Assembly (NCBI GenBank): GCA_010015805.1
Contig: ML978132.1
Coordinates: forward strand, 310,001 to 374,000
DNA: 64,000 bases
Direction of reading: 5' to 3'
Source of the DNA: Rhizodiscina lignyota
Lineage: Eukaryota
Shown: positions 37,100 through 50,240 of the stretch, piece by piece
Layout: every line of letters begins with the position of its first letter
How positions within the stretch are numbered: the stretch's first letter is position 1
Made by a program: the position numbers and the translations under genes
Notes under the pieces: model-generated
What the model was told of the DNA's origin: nothing
Databases searched by the model: none
Seen by the model: the letters and a program-made list of their open reading frames with translations, nothing else

Positions 37100-38764
37100 T
37101 CAGCCATACTTTGCCCAACTGCGCAGAGTTTCTGCGCTCAAGCTACGACTATTTTGCCACTCACGCTGATAAAAATTACCCTGAATGCTCTCCGTACTAA
37201 AAGACTTCGTCCTCGTCAAACATTTCGTTGAGCTCTCTCCTGCTTCTTCATCCGACCTCCGCATCTGCTGATAAGGTCCGCATTTCATATGCTGCAAGCA
37301 ACCCCCGCAGAACATCGCATGTGAATCCTTCCTCTTGAGCCACCAGCCAGCCGCCCAGCTGAAGATTTTCCAAACTGCTTGCAGAAGTACGAGATCTCCG
37401 ATGATGAGTGCTAGAGCCAGCGTACCAGCGGGTTTCAGTTGCGGGACTTGGCATGCGTACTGTGAGAATATCTGCGCCGGTGTGGCTCCGATAGGTCCCA
37501 TGCTGTCGCTCGTATTCAGCGCATGGAAACTTTCGTTGGCTGGTACGCCTTCTTCAAGCCAGAGTGCTGAAACTAGGTAAGTGCCGGCAGAGTCGGTGGT
37601 TCTATTCACGTCGAATGACGACGAGAGATAATACTGGAGGGCATGCGGATCGGTCAGCACATTGGGTCCTTGTGTTTGGCCAAAGTCGATCAGAATCGTC
37701 GAGTATAGGGCTTTGGCAAACCCGTCAAGTTGCTGTGGTAAGTAAGGCTGAATGTTGCTGTTGTTGAATGAGGATAGCGGGTGGAAATTCCAATGGTTTG
37801 GATCTGTGTTCAGCCATTGCAATTGCCCGGAGTTCTTGCCCACAGATCCAAGATAGGTGATGAAATCCATGCTTGTAATATCCTTTGACGTGTCGAATCC
37901 AAGTGTGATGTCCGCCCAGTCAAAGGGATCATTGAGGCTTATTGAGTGCGCCATTTGAGTCCGTAAGCTCTGGAACCACATTGACAGAAGCACCGACCCC
38001 CACCACATGCTCGCTTCTTCTCGAGAGTCCAGTTGAATGAAAGAATCGAAGTTATTTGGCTCTGCGTCCCATGTTGTCGTAATGTTCAACCTTGAGGAAG
38101 AACCAGCTTCGATGGCACATGTTGTACTGGCAGTTGCAGTACTCCTTCTCCAGGACAACCATGAGCAGAAGGGCCCGGAGCAGTTATCTACGCGAAACAT
38201 CTTTATTCGGATCTCGTTTACTTGACAGTCATGTAGATAGTTGCCAAGGTAGGGGATGGCGGCGAAATTGTCCCGCGTTCCATTCGAATACTCCGCTCCA
38301 AAGACATTCTGGATATGGTGAGAAAGACCAAGGTTCGTCGTATGGAAATCTAGAAAACCGTCAGCATACTCCATATCTCATCATTATCACACCGAAAACA
38401 CGTACCGCTCCCGACTGCTAGATTCTGAGCTTGGCAGGTCACTTGGAGCTGGACAGAGTCAGATCAGACCTAAACGGCGACCAAGTACGGTTACATTATT
38501 TAACCATGATAATGGCGCTCTCTGATACCAGTGGCTCTCTCGAAGTGTGCTATTCGGATCGGTAGTATAGATTGTGCTTCCCAGGTCAGCATTCCCTCTG
38601 GCTACGAAAGGCTCTCGGACTTACGTTAAGTTGTATCCGTTTGTTGCGACGTTGAGGACCGAAAACAAAGCCGTAAATGCGATACCCCCAATAACGACTA
38701 TCCAGGTAAACCACCGGAATGGATACGGACGTTCTAGACTATACGAAAAGAATGAAGCGTGCAT
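37100..38764 (-). CDS. Fungal two-TM membrane protein of unknown function
   Basis: MHASFFSYSLERPYPFRWFTWIVVIGG.. TM1, three short introns, long lumenal exon, then QYACQVPQLKP..IIGDLVLLQAVW TM2. Confidence 0.75.
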
Positions 38765-39614
38765 TGCGGCATCACGCAGTGGAGGGAAGAAAAGATGGAG
38801 CCTGAAACGAGGAAACCCAAAGCCAAATGAACGCCAAATGAACGTTTAGTATTATTGCATTACTGATAGCATCTGAGAGATGTATATGAAATACATCTTC
38901 TAGTTCAGCAGGAGGGGCCGTTTGTTGTGTATGAAGCTTGTTGGGGGCCGGGCAAGATGTTGGTTCTAAGGATTTCCACTAGGTGCTTCGCACACACCGT
39001 GCTCGACTGCGCATGTTCCAGCTCGCTGACAGATGAATGTACTGACACCGAAAGCGAGAATTGGTCTCGCCACGTTCACGGGATAAGTGGAGTAGAGGCT
39101 GTCAGTAATGGTGACTGGTGGGAGCGTTGAGAAATGTCGCTCAAGATTTTGGCGTGCCTCGAGCCAAGTAGCCTAGCCACCTCTGGTTAGGTACTGTGTA
39201 CCTAATTCAGGTACCCGAGGCTTGTGGCAGTGTACTGCGCTTCCTCCCAATATAAAAATACCAGCGTTTGAAACTGTAGAATTATTACCAATGCTGCGGA
39301 AATAAACATCTATGTTACTCCGACTTTTCCCATCGAGAACTGTATGAATATTACTCCGTTCAGCCCACAGCCCTACAACGTTTCCATCAACTAGTGTGCG
39401 GAGCAAATATCTCCGAGTTTACTCTGTTACTCCGTACATCGCCACGGGTCAGCTCTCAGCCCCCGTTGTCTCTGTTGAAGCAACTTCCGGTGTGCAAAAT
39501 GCTCCGCCACTACTCAGGATGGGTTGTTTTCACACTTTTTACCTATTTCATGATCGCCTTGTGATAAGCTCCAGGCCCGGATAACTGGGCATATGCGCAT
39601 CACCCGTCCAGGTA

Positions 39615-40601
39615 CTATGAAATCAACAGACCCAGAGGACTATGTCTCAGCCATTCCCAATCATTCTCCATTGCTTTCACGATGTTTTCCCTTCCGATGT
39701 CAACCACATTCCTCGTCTCCTCTTTATCTCCCCATTGAACAGACGTCGGCCAGTACGCAATATGCGTCCCCCAATGCACCACTACTCTCTTCGCGAATTC
39801 TTTGCTCGGTTTTCCTCCGCTGACCTCCATATATCCCTTAAGAAAAGCATCGAGCATCCCTCTCCCGCCACGGAATCTGTCCAACAGCCATGTTTCTGCG
39901 GCAAATTGGCCCACGTCTGTTGCTCCGGTACCCCGACGCACCATCTCCCAATCCACAATCGTGAGCTTGCCATCAGACCCGACGAGTACATTGCCAGGCC
40001 AAAAGTCGCCGTGGCAGACACACACATCGTCAGTCGCTAGGAGCAAGCCGTACTCTTCGTTAACCGTATCTCCCAAGCTCTTATCGAATCCATATTTTTC
40101 CAGTGCACCGGCAAGATGCTTGGAGGACCAACGATAGATGTTTTTCGCTATGGTGTTATCGCCAATGTCGACCTTTGTGGTCCGGCTGTGAAGCATGGCT
40201 AACCAGCGGCCTAATTTATTCCCAAAAGAAACCACGTCTAATGCTGGATCAGAGTAAGCCGTTTTCAAATCTCGACTGCCACCATCCGACATCATGATCA
40301 CGTGCGCCTCACTATCGTAGCTATACACTTCGGCCGCGTTGACAATGTCGTCCTGCGGTAGATGTGATGATACTGTTCTGAGAGCGTTGGCCTCGAAATC
40401 CATGCGCTCGACAGGAAATGGAAAGCTGCTCCTTGTCTTGATATATGGCTCTGCATGCTTGATGACGACGGACCGGCCACTAGGTTCCCGCATCCGGAAG
40501 ACGAAGTTTGCAGTTCCGCCGCTGAGCTCCTCAATGGACTCGAATAGGACGTTCTTCGACTTGAGGTACTGTTTGAGATCTTCTGTTGATGTGATGGCCA
40601 T
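39615..40601 (-). CDS. Small-molecule phosphotransferase (APH / methylthioribose kinase / PsiK-like fold)
   Basis: LSGGTANFVFR, VVIKHAEPY, Brenner motif HGDFWPGNVLV and IVDWE. Intronless. Confidence 0.88.
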   Translation of the reverse strand: MAITSTEDLKQYLKSKNVLFESIEELSGGTANFVFRMREPSGRSVVIKHAEPYIKTRSSFPFPVERMDFEANALRTVSSHLPQDDIVNAAEVYSYDSEAHVIMMSDGGSRDLKTAYSDPALDVVSFGNKLGRWLAMLHSRTTKVDIGDNTIAKNIYRWSSKHLAGALEKYGFDKSLGDTVNEEYGLLLATDDVCVCHGDFWPGNVLVGSDGKLTIVDWEMVRRGTGATDVGQFAAETWLLDRFRGGRGMLDAFLKGYMEVSGGKPSKEFAKRVVVHWGTHIAYWPTSVQWGDKEETRNVVDIGRENIVKAMENDWEWLRHSPLGLLIS

Positions 40602-41814
40602 GTTGAACAGATTCAAGATGAAAGGATTTGAGAGCTAATTGAGAGACTGCAATACAAAGACGTGTCTTAGGACCTGCTCTTGAGTATTGACAAGATTGAA
40701 CTTTGACAAGAAGCATGAACATTTACTTCTACATCTCATTGAGTCACCAAGTTCTCACACAGCACGCTAACTTCCGCACGTTACACTTTGAGCTACAACT
40801 GAGGCGCTGCACTGCTGCAGAGTTGACTCATGCGAGTGCCAAGTTCACGAGCGAAAGTCGGCAGTGAGATCTCTTCAACGACCTCAGATGCAGGTGGAAG
40901 TGATTCGGTGCTCATATCATCTGCCTATATTGCAGCATGCTGATGAAGCACCTTTCTTCGAACGGTGTTGAGGACAAAACGACTGAAATTAACGAGACCA
41001 GCTACAGGGACGAAGTGCTGAAATTTTTCGGTGCAAAGGCACCCGAAATTGGGTGGCTCAGGTGGCTGTGCTGGGCCCAGCGCCAAGGCATTCCCCTGAA
41101 CGTCGTCCTGACCACAACACCACTCCGGACTCGACTTTCAACGATATGAGGAGATGAACCTCGTATACGAGCACCTCTGAGCATCAGCGGCCTCCAGTTT
41201 GATATAATGCAGAGAGTCAAACACTTCGTCTGCCGCAAGCGCAAGTACACCGATGCTGTCGTACCCACTTCTTCAGCATTACCAACAAGCAGCGACGCAA
41301 CTGCATGGAGAGAGATGATCACCTACAACTCACAGAGCTTGTTCCCATGCCAGGAGTTAATGCAACATCTGAGCTTCAATTGCATGTTGGGTCATCATAA
41401 TCGTGTATTCGTTAGTTTCCGAACATGTACCAAACAACCGTGGACACCCTTTCTCCGCCTTGGCAGTCCGAGATACCTCATCGCTCGAAGCATTCTGCCA
41501 TGCAAGTCATAGTAGGCAGGACGATATTACAATGCTGTATATTCTTATGTCTACTGAGGGCCCTGATGGTGCCCCCTCCAAGCTGGAAGTCATGAGGACG
41601 TTACCTGCACGTGCAGCGCGTCACCATGGGTTGTGCAACAATCAACCTCGAGGCCGCGCCTTCCTCAATCTCAGAACTCAGCCTTTAAACTTTGCCAAGC
41701 CCAGTTCTTTATTCCTTTCCCATTCTCTCCGTTTTGTTCCACTTCTACCAAGAAATGAACCAAAATCATACATGACAAGCCCTGATCTGTTTCGCAGTGG
41801 GAAATTGTAGCACC

Positions 41815-44800
41815 ATGAGTTCTCTTGAAGGTTAGTGAAATATGCTCTCATTCATTGACCACTGCTGACTACCTCCCCACAGCTTCCGCTGAGACCGGCC
41901 CTGCTCGCGCAGATCCCGACGAATCTCATGCCAACAATCGCGGAGCTTCGCACGCGCCCCATCACGATTCCAACGGCAGCCATGCCCTTTTCCCGCAGGA
42001 GAAGCAGAGGAGCAGCAGTCTTCCAAGGCTCGACACTGGAACTGTTCAAGGTAACAGAAGAATCCATCCACGCCCAGCAAACACAACTTCTTCAGATGAG
42101 ACAGACGGGATCCGAATGGTCGAGCACGAGCTGTACCCTCCAGAGTCCACGGCATCCAATCTCCCGTCACCTTCCATCGACATTGTTGTCGTCCACATGT
42201 TTGTCGGTCAACCAGAGCATAAGGACAGAGACGATCTCTCATCCTTTGTCATCAGCGAAAAGAGATCAGCAATCAAGAGGCTCGCAACTGCCCAAGTTCA
42301 GGGCCGACCGGATTCAAATTCCCAAAGCCATGCGAGCTCGCCACTTAGAGGAGATTTCGAGAATAGTCGTCATACCTGGTTGGGCGACCCGAACATGCTT
42401 CCTAAAATTGTACCGGAAGCCCGCATCCTGGCATTTGGATACGACTTGACCACCTCGAACCCGACGGATACAATTGACTTTGATGCACAATCAAAGAAGC
42501 TGCTTCATAATATCGGCATAATTAAACGATGCCATTGTCGATCGCGTCCAATCATTTTCTTGGGTTACGGCTATGGCGGAACATGGATTCAACACAAGCT
42601 CATCAAAGATCATTATGGGGACTCAGATATTGTGAAGGCGACAGTGGGAACCTTGTTCTTTGCGAACCCACCTCGCGGAGCGGCTCTGCTTAAGAAACGC
42701 ACCGCAGCAGCACTGCCGGACACTTCACGCAAGCTGTTAGATCTTGGCAGTGATTCGAAGATGGTAGCAAAGTTGCATGACGATTTCAAGTCGCTATCGC
42801 GCAAGTACTGCTTCTACTATTTCAATTTCGTCGAGCATACACCCAAGGAGAACAGACCTCCGGAACTGGTAACAACATCAAGGTTCTCGTCAGGCACTCC
42901 TGGTCACAACGACACGCAAGGACCGCTAAACTACGACTATACGATGTCACGTAGTTTCGACCAGATGTTGCACTTCGATGGACCGAGTGACTTTGATTTT
43001 CAGGCAGTATACTCACGCTTTCTACGATTAGTCCATATCCAGCAACTGTTATCGGCCGCTGCAGATCCACATGGGCCACAGAAACTGGAAACTCTCATTC
43101 ATAAAGGTCTGGATGTGAATTTGCAAAATAGATGCGGCAAGTCAGCTCTGCATATCGCAGTCGAACGATCGAATTTCAATATGGTCCGATCGCTTCTGGG
43201 AAGAAGTGCAGCTTTCAGATACGGACGGATCGAAGAGAATGTGAACATCACCACACGGGACGGCAAAAGTGCGCTAGATATCGCAGTAGAGAAGGGGGAC
43301 AAGAACATTGTCGATTTGCTGCTCAGGAAAAGGGCAAAAGTTTCCGATAGGACGCGGCATTTGGCCACGAAGAAGGACATTAAAGAGCTCCCTACGAAGA
43401 ACGCCCGTTGAAGGCCCATCTATCAAGGCAGCCTCCGGAGGTTCAAAAATCCCTCGGAACTCTCCAAATCCATATGTCAAGCGTGCTTGCAACGGGACTT
43501 ATGCAACTGCCACAGAGATGTTCTTTGACGAAGTCCTTGAAGAGCACAGCGAAGCGCGAGGATCAGTTCACGAAATGATCTACGATAGTCACGGCCCTGC
43601 AGCTATGCTAGACTCGGTCAGGCCCATTCCACTGAATACTAACACAGTCTGTCAGTGGTATCACATTCCAGTGAATAATATGGCCTGGGCAGAAGACCTT
43701 CTGTCCGAGTTGGGTGTAAACGGTCCCGTGTGGGGAGGGCAGTATGCAAGAAGACTCGGCAAAATCCCACATAGCCGCAGCATGCTCCCGAATTGCGCCA
43801 AGGTCGCTACTTATGACCAAGACCAAGAGGTGCTTGCAATCTTCATGTCGTACATATCATACGAAAAGGATATTCAACATCCAGCAAGCACCGACGCCGT
43901 CGAAAGGGATAGAAATGCAATCAAAATGGACATGGCAATCCAACGGATCCCCGTCGCAGATGTGGGATCTGATCCCGACGCCCGACGGAATTCCAGTGGA
44001 GCACCCACTCGGAATTCGTCAAGACGAAATGATTCGCGTAGTGCTCCACAAAGCGCTACTTCTATTAAAGCACCTTGGACTGACTCCAACGAGCGGAACA
44101 GTGGGGGACAAAACGATGTTACGGCCACTGATGCAAGTGTGCAGCAAATCGACGCTGATGATGAATTCGAGGAAGATTCCCTCTCAATCGAGGATGTCCA
44201 GCGACTCGCTTACCCCCCTGTTGAGAACCCCGTTCTTCACATGCGCCAAACACTGGATCAATCATATTACTTCATGTTAGAGAACACACAGAGCCGGGAT
44301 ACTGATCAGGTTGCAAGTCGATGGGCGCGTAACGAACTCGGACAGGGGGTTCCACACAACATCCTGATGGTAGATCAGCTTTGGCTTTGGGTCATTCGAG
44401 CCAAAGATAAGAGTAAAAGTATTCCAGACATAGTGGTGTCCAGTTTCCCAGATCGCACTAGCTATCCTGATACTGCAGGTTTGCCGCCAAACAAGGATGA
44501 CAACCTTCAGTGGAACGTCCTCAACGACCGGCCTGAACAGCGCAATCCCATCCGGACAACGATGGATCTCGTGTCTCAGATCGTCGCAACATGCAGCAAC
44601 ATTTTCGATCGCACACAAAACGCGGCCCTTCTCAAATTTCTGGAATTTTACGAAGCATCCATCGGAAAGGTCATGGATGCCGAGACACAAGTGTTCAAAG
44701 AATTCGAAGGAAACTCCCACAACCTGGGACGACTGAGCGAGCGCCATCCGAACTACGATAAGACAAAAACGAAGCTTTTGGACAAATTGCTCAATATCGA

Positions 44801-45737
44801 CAGAGAGACGGAACTGCTTCGCGAGATCAAAGACATTCGTGATGAGACAAGAATGATATTGTCTGTGCTCGAATCTCAATATACGACTCTCAAAGATCTC
44901 GGCGAAAAGTCCTTCCAGTCGTGGAGTGCGCCTTTCGACCAGGACACGGATGCAAAACCATGCGCGGAAGCAATACGTGTTTTGGGGAGAGGCATCGACG
45001 ACTTCACCAGAATGGATAGGCATGCGCAGTCGGTTCAGGATGCTCTCGATCATCTTCTGGATCTTAAGCAGAAGCAAGCGAATCTCTGGGAAGCTCACTC
45101 CGGAAGCTCACGAGCAAAGCAAGCCTCCGATCAAGCCTACACAATGCTCATATTCACCATGGTCACTATCGTCTTCCTCCCACTGTCCTTCATGGCCTCG
45201 TTCTTTGCGCTCAACGTCGACAAATTCCCACAAGACGACAAAGGGAACACCAATTGGCCTCTGCACATGGTTTGTGCGTACATCTTCGGCCTCTCCCTCG
45301 CCATCTCTGTTCCATTCATCATCGCGGCATGGAACACGCGGTGCTTGGACACTATCTTCAGGTTTTTATTGGCAAAGTGGATCTTGCCCTTCGGACTCTT
45401 CCTCATCGACTTATTGAGTAGCTTGTATCTGGAATCACTCGAACGCCGTAGCGAAACAACGGAATCTGGGCCGAAAGGTGATACGGCGGCGCAAGATTCG
45501 GCGGGATTGAGGCGCAGTGCAATGAAGCGGACACTGAAAGGACTCGCAGACAAACTACGTGAAGTGCAGTATGATCTCGAGCACGAGTACAAGCAAGACC
45601 GTAGTGAAAAGGAGCGAGGAGCCATTAGGATACTTCAAGAAATCAAGGACTACGTCGTGAGGCCGTTGGCGCTTCCATGGCTAAAGAAAGAGAACAGCGC
45701 AGTACATCTAGAAGAGGGTGAAGTGTACGAGCAGTAA
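41815..45737 (+). pseudogene. Alpha/beta-hydrolase-like + ankyrin + CorA-like membrane domain protein, with a +1 frameshift at about 43390
   Basis: DIVVVH, TWL..MLP..VPEARILAFGYD and RPIIFLG (SesB-like). Ankyrins GKSALHIAV and GKSALDIAV. CorA-like RQTLDQSYY, LMVDQLWLWV, ELLREIKDIRDE, LLDLKQKQAN and IFTMVTIVFLPLSFMASFF. An extra C in the CCC run 43390-43392 splits it into two ORFs. Confidence 0.75.
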
Positions 45738-45819
45738 CGTTCTGAACTCCCATGAGGTAGATAGCAATGAAAGCACGATCTTGCTACACAATGTGCACTT
45801 GATCTTGCACACGATGCTT

Positions 45820-46395
45820 TGAGTGGACTCCAAGCATGGGCAAACCGGAACTCACTCACCAAAGAGGCTTTACCTGCTCAGCCTCTGCTTATTCGACACC
45901 GAAAGCATACAATACGCAGTCATTTGAATCCGACAAGTAATAGTAACACAACAGATGAAGGAAGGCATAAAGGTACACAACGCGTAAATAGACACCAGGC
46001 ACAATCAGCCCGGAGCTCAACCACGGGGGAGGCTTGTTCGATTGAATTCTTACCTCGTCGATACTGAAGCACGCGACATGCAATCGCTGGGAATGAACAC
46101 GGAGCGTTAATGCAAAGAACAAAGGAATTCAAGAAGGTACGCGGCCTGTAAATGGATTCCTGGCACAGGCAAACCGGAGCTCAACTGGCATGGAGGCATT
46201 GGTCGATTGGACTCTTCCTCCGGTGACACTGAAGCACGCGACCCGTAGCTGCCTGCAGTGAACGAGGAGTATCGACGCGACAACAGGAAGTCAGGAAGGC
46301 ACACGGCACTTAAATGGACTCCATGAATAAGCAACAGGAGCTCAACCAGCAGGTCGGTATTGTTCGATTTGACTCTTCACGATGCGCGATCGAAG
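45820..46395. repeat. Degenerate tandem repeat, about 163-bp unit, about 3.5-4 copies
   Basis: Core GGA(G/A)CTCA at 45847, 46012, 46176 and 46337, preceded by AAATGGAYTCC-like and followed by TTCGATT..CTGAAGCACGCGAC-like blocks. Confidence 0.7.
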
Positions 46396-47615
46396 TCCAC
46401 AGTGCCATCCCGGTCTCGCGCTCCGGGTTGGATCTCCACGTCTTGGCGGACGCGAGCCGACTTCTCGGTGCAAGCTGCCAAGCGGCACCAGCAAGCGCCA
46501 CCGAAACTCAATTCCGGCGTCACTTGCTTCGAGGTTGGCACGAGAAAGCTACTGCAGGTCCTGCGGTGCGGTCGCGCTCGCAACTCATCCAACCTGCCAT
46601 GCGCCTTTCAGGGGGAAAGCGTGTGCAGCTCCAGCGTCGGGCAAGCGGCCGCGCGAGTCATGGCGGCTTGTCATCTGCTGTCGGGAAGGCGTCCCGAAGT
46701 CGCACCTCCTCGGACAGGGCACAGGCACGCCACCACATTGCGACTCTCCTCTGACGGACGTAGGGCCGGGCGTTGGGGTGTGTCACGACGTCCCAGCGCC
46801 GTGGTTGTCTGACTCGCACCGCTGGCGCCAGCGTCCTATGGGAATGTCTGCCTGCTTCCTGGCCCCGCGACCTGTCCGGCGTGCGTCGAGCTGCAGGCTC
46901 CTGCACCAAGCACAGCGGGGGAAGAGAAGAGTCGCGAGCTGCGTGCGGAAATGCTGACGAGCCGGAGTCGCGTGGACTGGCTGCTGTGGCTGTCGCTGCT
47001 GCCACGCGCGGGCCCGCTGGGCTGATTGGCGTGCCTTGCGCTGACCGTCCCGACGCTCTCACATTCCCAATTTGCAGTGCTGCCTCGCGCTGGGTAGCGC
47101 GATTCGTTTGTGCCCGCAGCAAACCACGGCGGGCCGTAGCGAGCGGGTTGCGGTCCTCTGGCGCCGCTGTCTGAGCAGCGCCAGGATGTCGACGTTTCGT
47201 TTCTTGCACAGCCTATCATCGGGCCGGTGGAGTGCATCCAGCGTAAATGACTCTGCTAGTCATGGGCACGCGCTATACAGCAAACGCTCTAGTGGTGTTC
47301 CTGGCGATCGCTCTCTTATCAGTGCTCAGCACCTCTAGCTCGCCATGGCTGTTTATGTCATTCTCCCCCATACCCTCCCGGATGAGGGCAAGCTACCGCG
47401 CGGATCAAACGTTTCAATAAGGGGTCGGCCTGCATGTTTGAAGCAGGCCTTATTCCCACAACCTCTCCACCACCACCTTCGCCCATATCATCCCGCTTGC
47501 TCGCTCTTCTTCGCCCGCCACGCTTGCAGCAACCAATGTCGGCGAGGTAAATGCTTGGCCTTGCGGGAGCCATCGCGTTTCCCGCACGGAAAGCTGGGGA
47601 CGGTGCAAACTCGTC

Positions 47616-49298
47616 ATGTCTGGCACATACGCACCGCTGGACCCGCTCTCTTCAGACAACCAGGGCCCGGCGAACGTCATTGTCGCCTATTTTCTCATCT
47701 GTACGACGGTAGCGTTCGCTATTGTGCGCTTTGCCGTCGGCCGGCAGAGGCTGCTGGCCTTGGACGTTGACGATGCTTGCTTTACCGCGTCAGTGGTAAG
47801 TGCATCAGTGCTGGCACGATAGCCGAGCGTATCTCTAACCACAACCCACATCCACAGATCTTCGGCATATTGACCTCAGTGGTGTCGCATCTCGAAGTCA
47901 CTGCTGGTCTTGGAAAGCACCAAAAGACGCTGAGCGGCCACGATGTGCAGAAATACTTCAAGGTACGAGGCTAGTCTAAAACTTCACCATCACTATGATT
48001 AACAACCATATCAGCTGTCCTATACGGACCAATTCCTCGCCATCACCGCCATGGCACTGGCAAAGTCGTCGATTCTCCTTCTCTTCCGCCGTCTCATGTC
48101 CCAATCTCGCCTGATCACAGCATTCTTCGCACTCTCGGCCTCAGTAATTGTATATTTCGTCTTTTCCGTATTCGCGACGGCGTTCCAGTGTGGATTACCA
48201 CGACCTTGGTTACTCGAGCCCACAACATGTACATCGCACGGTCGACTACAATATGCCATAATCGGAATGAACATGATAACGGACATGCTTCTTGCAATTT
48301 GGATCATTCCTTCGCTTTGGAAACTGCAGATGGATAAGAACACCCGGACTATCGTAATAGCTCTATTTGCGGCCCGCCTTGCGTATGATCACTCTACTCT
48401 ATTTATGGTACCATTACTCACAATATTCCAGAGTTGTCGGCGTCGCAGTGGGCCAAATAGTTCTCACGCAACGATCACTACGATCTGCAGACCAAACCTG
48501 TATGAACGCTCCGAGCTTCCCCAATTCCAGCACTGGGCCAGATTTCTGACAACTTCACAATATACAGGGTCAGCTCTTCCCCGCGCCATCATCGACCAAG
48601 TCGTCGTCCACACTTCTATTATTCACGCCACGCTCCCACGGATCCACAGTTTCCTCGCTAATCTGCAAACCGGAATGCTTTCTACCCGCATCACGACAAC
48701 TAATATCCCTCTCACCTCATCGAAGAACATGAGCAACAAGCCCAGATTCACCACCAACATCAACGCCATCGACCGCACCAAGCGCGGGACCAAGCTCTCG
48801 CTCAGCAGCATCACGGGTAAGATGCGCAGGATCAACAACCAGCTGTACGTCAGTTCGAGCAGCAACGACTACCCGCTTGAGGAGAAGAACGACAGCACGA
48901 AAGAGGAGGACGGTAATGTGATCAATGGAATGAGGCTGCGGCCCGACATCATGCCCGGCAGCAAGTGGAGCACGACCATCTACGCCGACCCCGTGCCGCC
49001 GGACTCAAGGCCTCCGCACCAGCGCAGCAGACAGCATTCTGCGAGCACGAGAGACGAGCGGGAGACGCCGATGGGTGGCCGCGTAGACGAGGAGGCGAGC
49101 ACGAGCAGCTTGACGGAAGGGCACAGCCGTGGAAACGGCCACGAGACAGACGGCCCGCGGGCGCCGCCTGGGCAGGACCAATCGCAGCAGATATGGAAGA
49201 CGAAAGAATTCCGGATGCAGATTGAGCGGGTGCGCGGAGACGGGACCAAGCTGGATATCACCAAAGCGGAGAATCGAAACACGGGGTCGGGGTCGTAG
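47616..49298 (+). CDS. Pth11-like (rhodopsin-domain) integral membrane receptor without CFEM
   Basis: VRF..LDVDD, AGLGKHQ, LAKSSILLLFRRL, AFQCGLPRPW, NMITDMLL..P.LWKLQM and FAARL, with a long polar C-terminal tail. Several introns. Confidence 0.85.
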
Positions 49299-49911
49299 CG
49301 GTGATCGTGTGATGTCCTCATGATAGTCCTTGGTCTTCAAGTCAAAAAATTATTTGGTGTTGGGGGGGTTTCCCAGCATATGTGAACGAAAGAGAACCGG
49401 AAAAGCGGCATTGTTGTTGGGTATTTTTTATGTGACGATTCATGGATTTTGTCATTCTTGCATTTTATCATTTGCTCCGAGATACCACTCTGTTCGTGGG
49501 CGGCAAGCTTGTTCGGCATTTTCAAAAAAGCGAGATGCTCTATCTTCATTGTGGATATGATATTGACACATGTATGAACATAGGATGGCGGGCACTCTCC
49601 ACAGTGCGAATGGAAATGTATATTTGGCTCTCCCTGTCAATGCGACGTAGTAGTCTGCCTTATCGACTCCTTCATGCAGAGCGTCGTGAGTGTGACAGAA
49701 TAATTAGCCGCTAGGTAAACCTGAAACGCCCGGGTCGAACAGCCCTTGCACTTGAAAGTAGGCAAGACTACCTCTGAAAGCCTAGTTCTACCTTCTTCGG
49801 AGTGTTTGCGATAACAACATACCGCCGAAACCTTTCACGCCTTGTCGATTGTAGAGGCTGTACATCGAAGCTGCTCAGTGCGGCGGACAGCTTTTTGTCG
49901 CCCTCGACTGT

Positions 49912-50210
49912 TCACCCAAGAATGAGCTCCTTCCACTGTTTCTTCCTGTCAGGCCCACAAGAGTTGTTGAACGCCTCCTTGAAAATCTTGCCCAGCCCCA
50001 CGCGATACCAAATATTCTCGTTCTGCTCGCTGTTCTCCACCAGCAGAACGTAGTACAGATCCCATGCCGAGAGCTGCTTCTCCTTCGAAACGTAGTAAGC
50101 CCAATCGTCGTACTCGTCCTCGTGGAATTCTTTCGCGTCCGAGATGGCTATGGACTCATACGTCTTGTCAAGGTCCAGCGGGGCGACAATTGGCCAGGAA
50201 TATGGTCCAA
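49912..50210 (-). pseudogene. Orphan C-terminal fragment of a HET-domain-type protein
   Basis: IAISDAKEF..WDLYYVLLVE..WYRVGLGKIFKEAFNNSC..WKELILG* resembles the C-terminus of fungal HET proteins. No room for the N-terminal HET domain because the MBOAT stop lies immediately upstream. Confidence 0.55.
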
Positions 50211-50240
50211 TATATACAAATATTGCTGCAGAACTGCATT

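Noticed and set aside
39615..40601. Psilocybin pathway
   Set aside because: Only the kinase fold is shared; there is no tryptophan decarboxylase or methyltransferase adjacent.
46314..47340. Multiple overlapping 130-190 aa ORFs on both strands
   Set aside because: GC-rich, stop-poor DNA giving Arg/Ala/Ser-rich translations with no recognisable motif; likely spurious.
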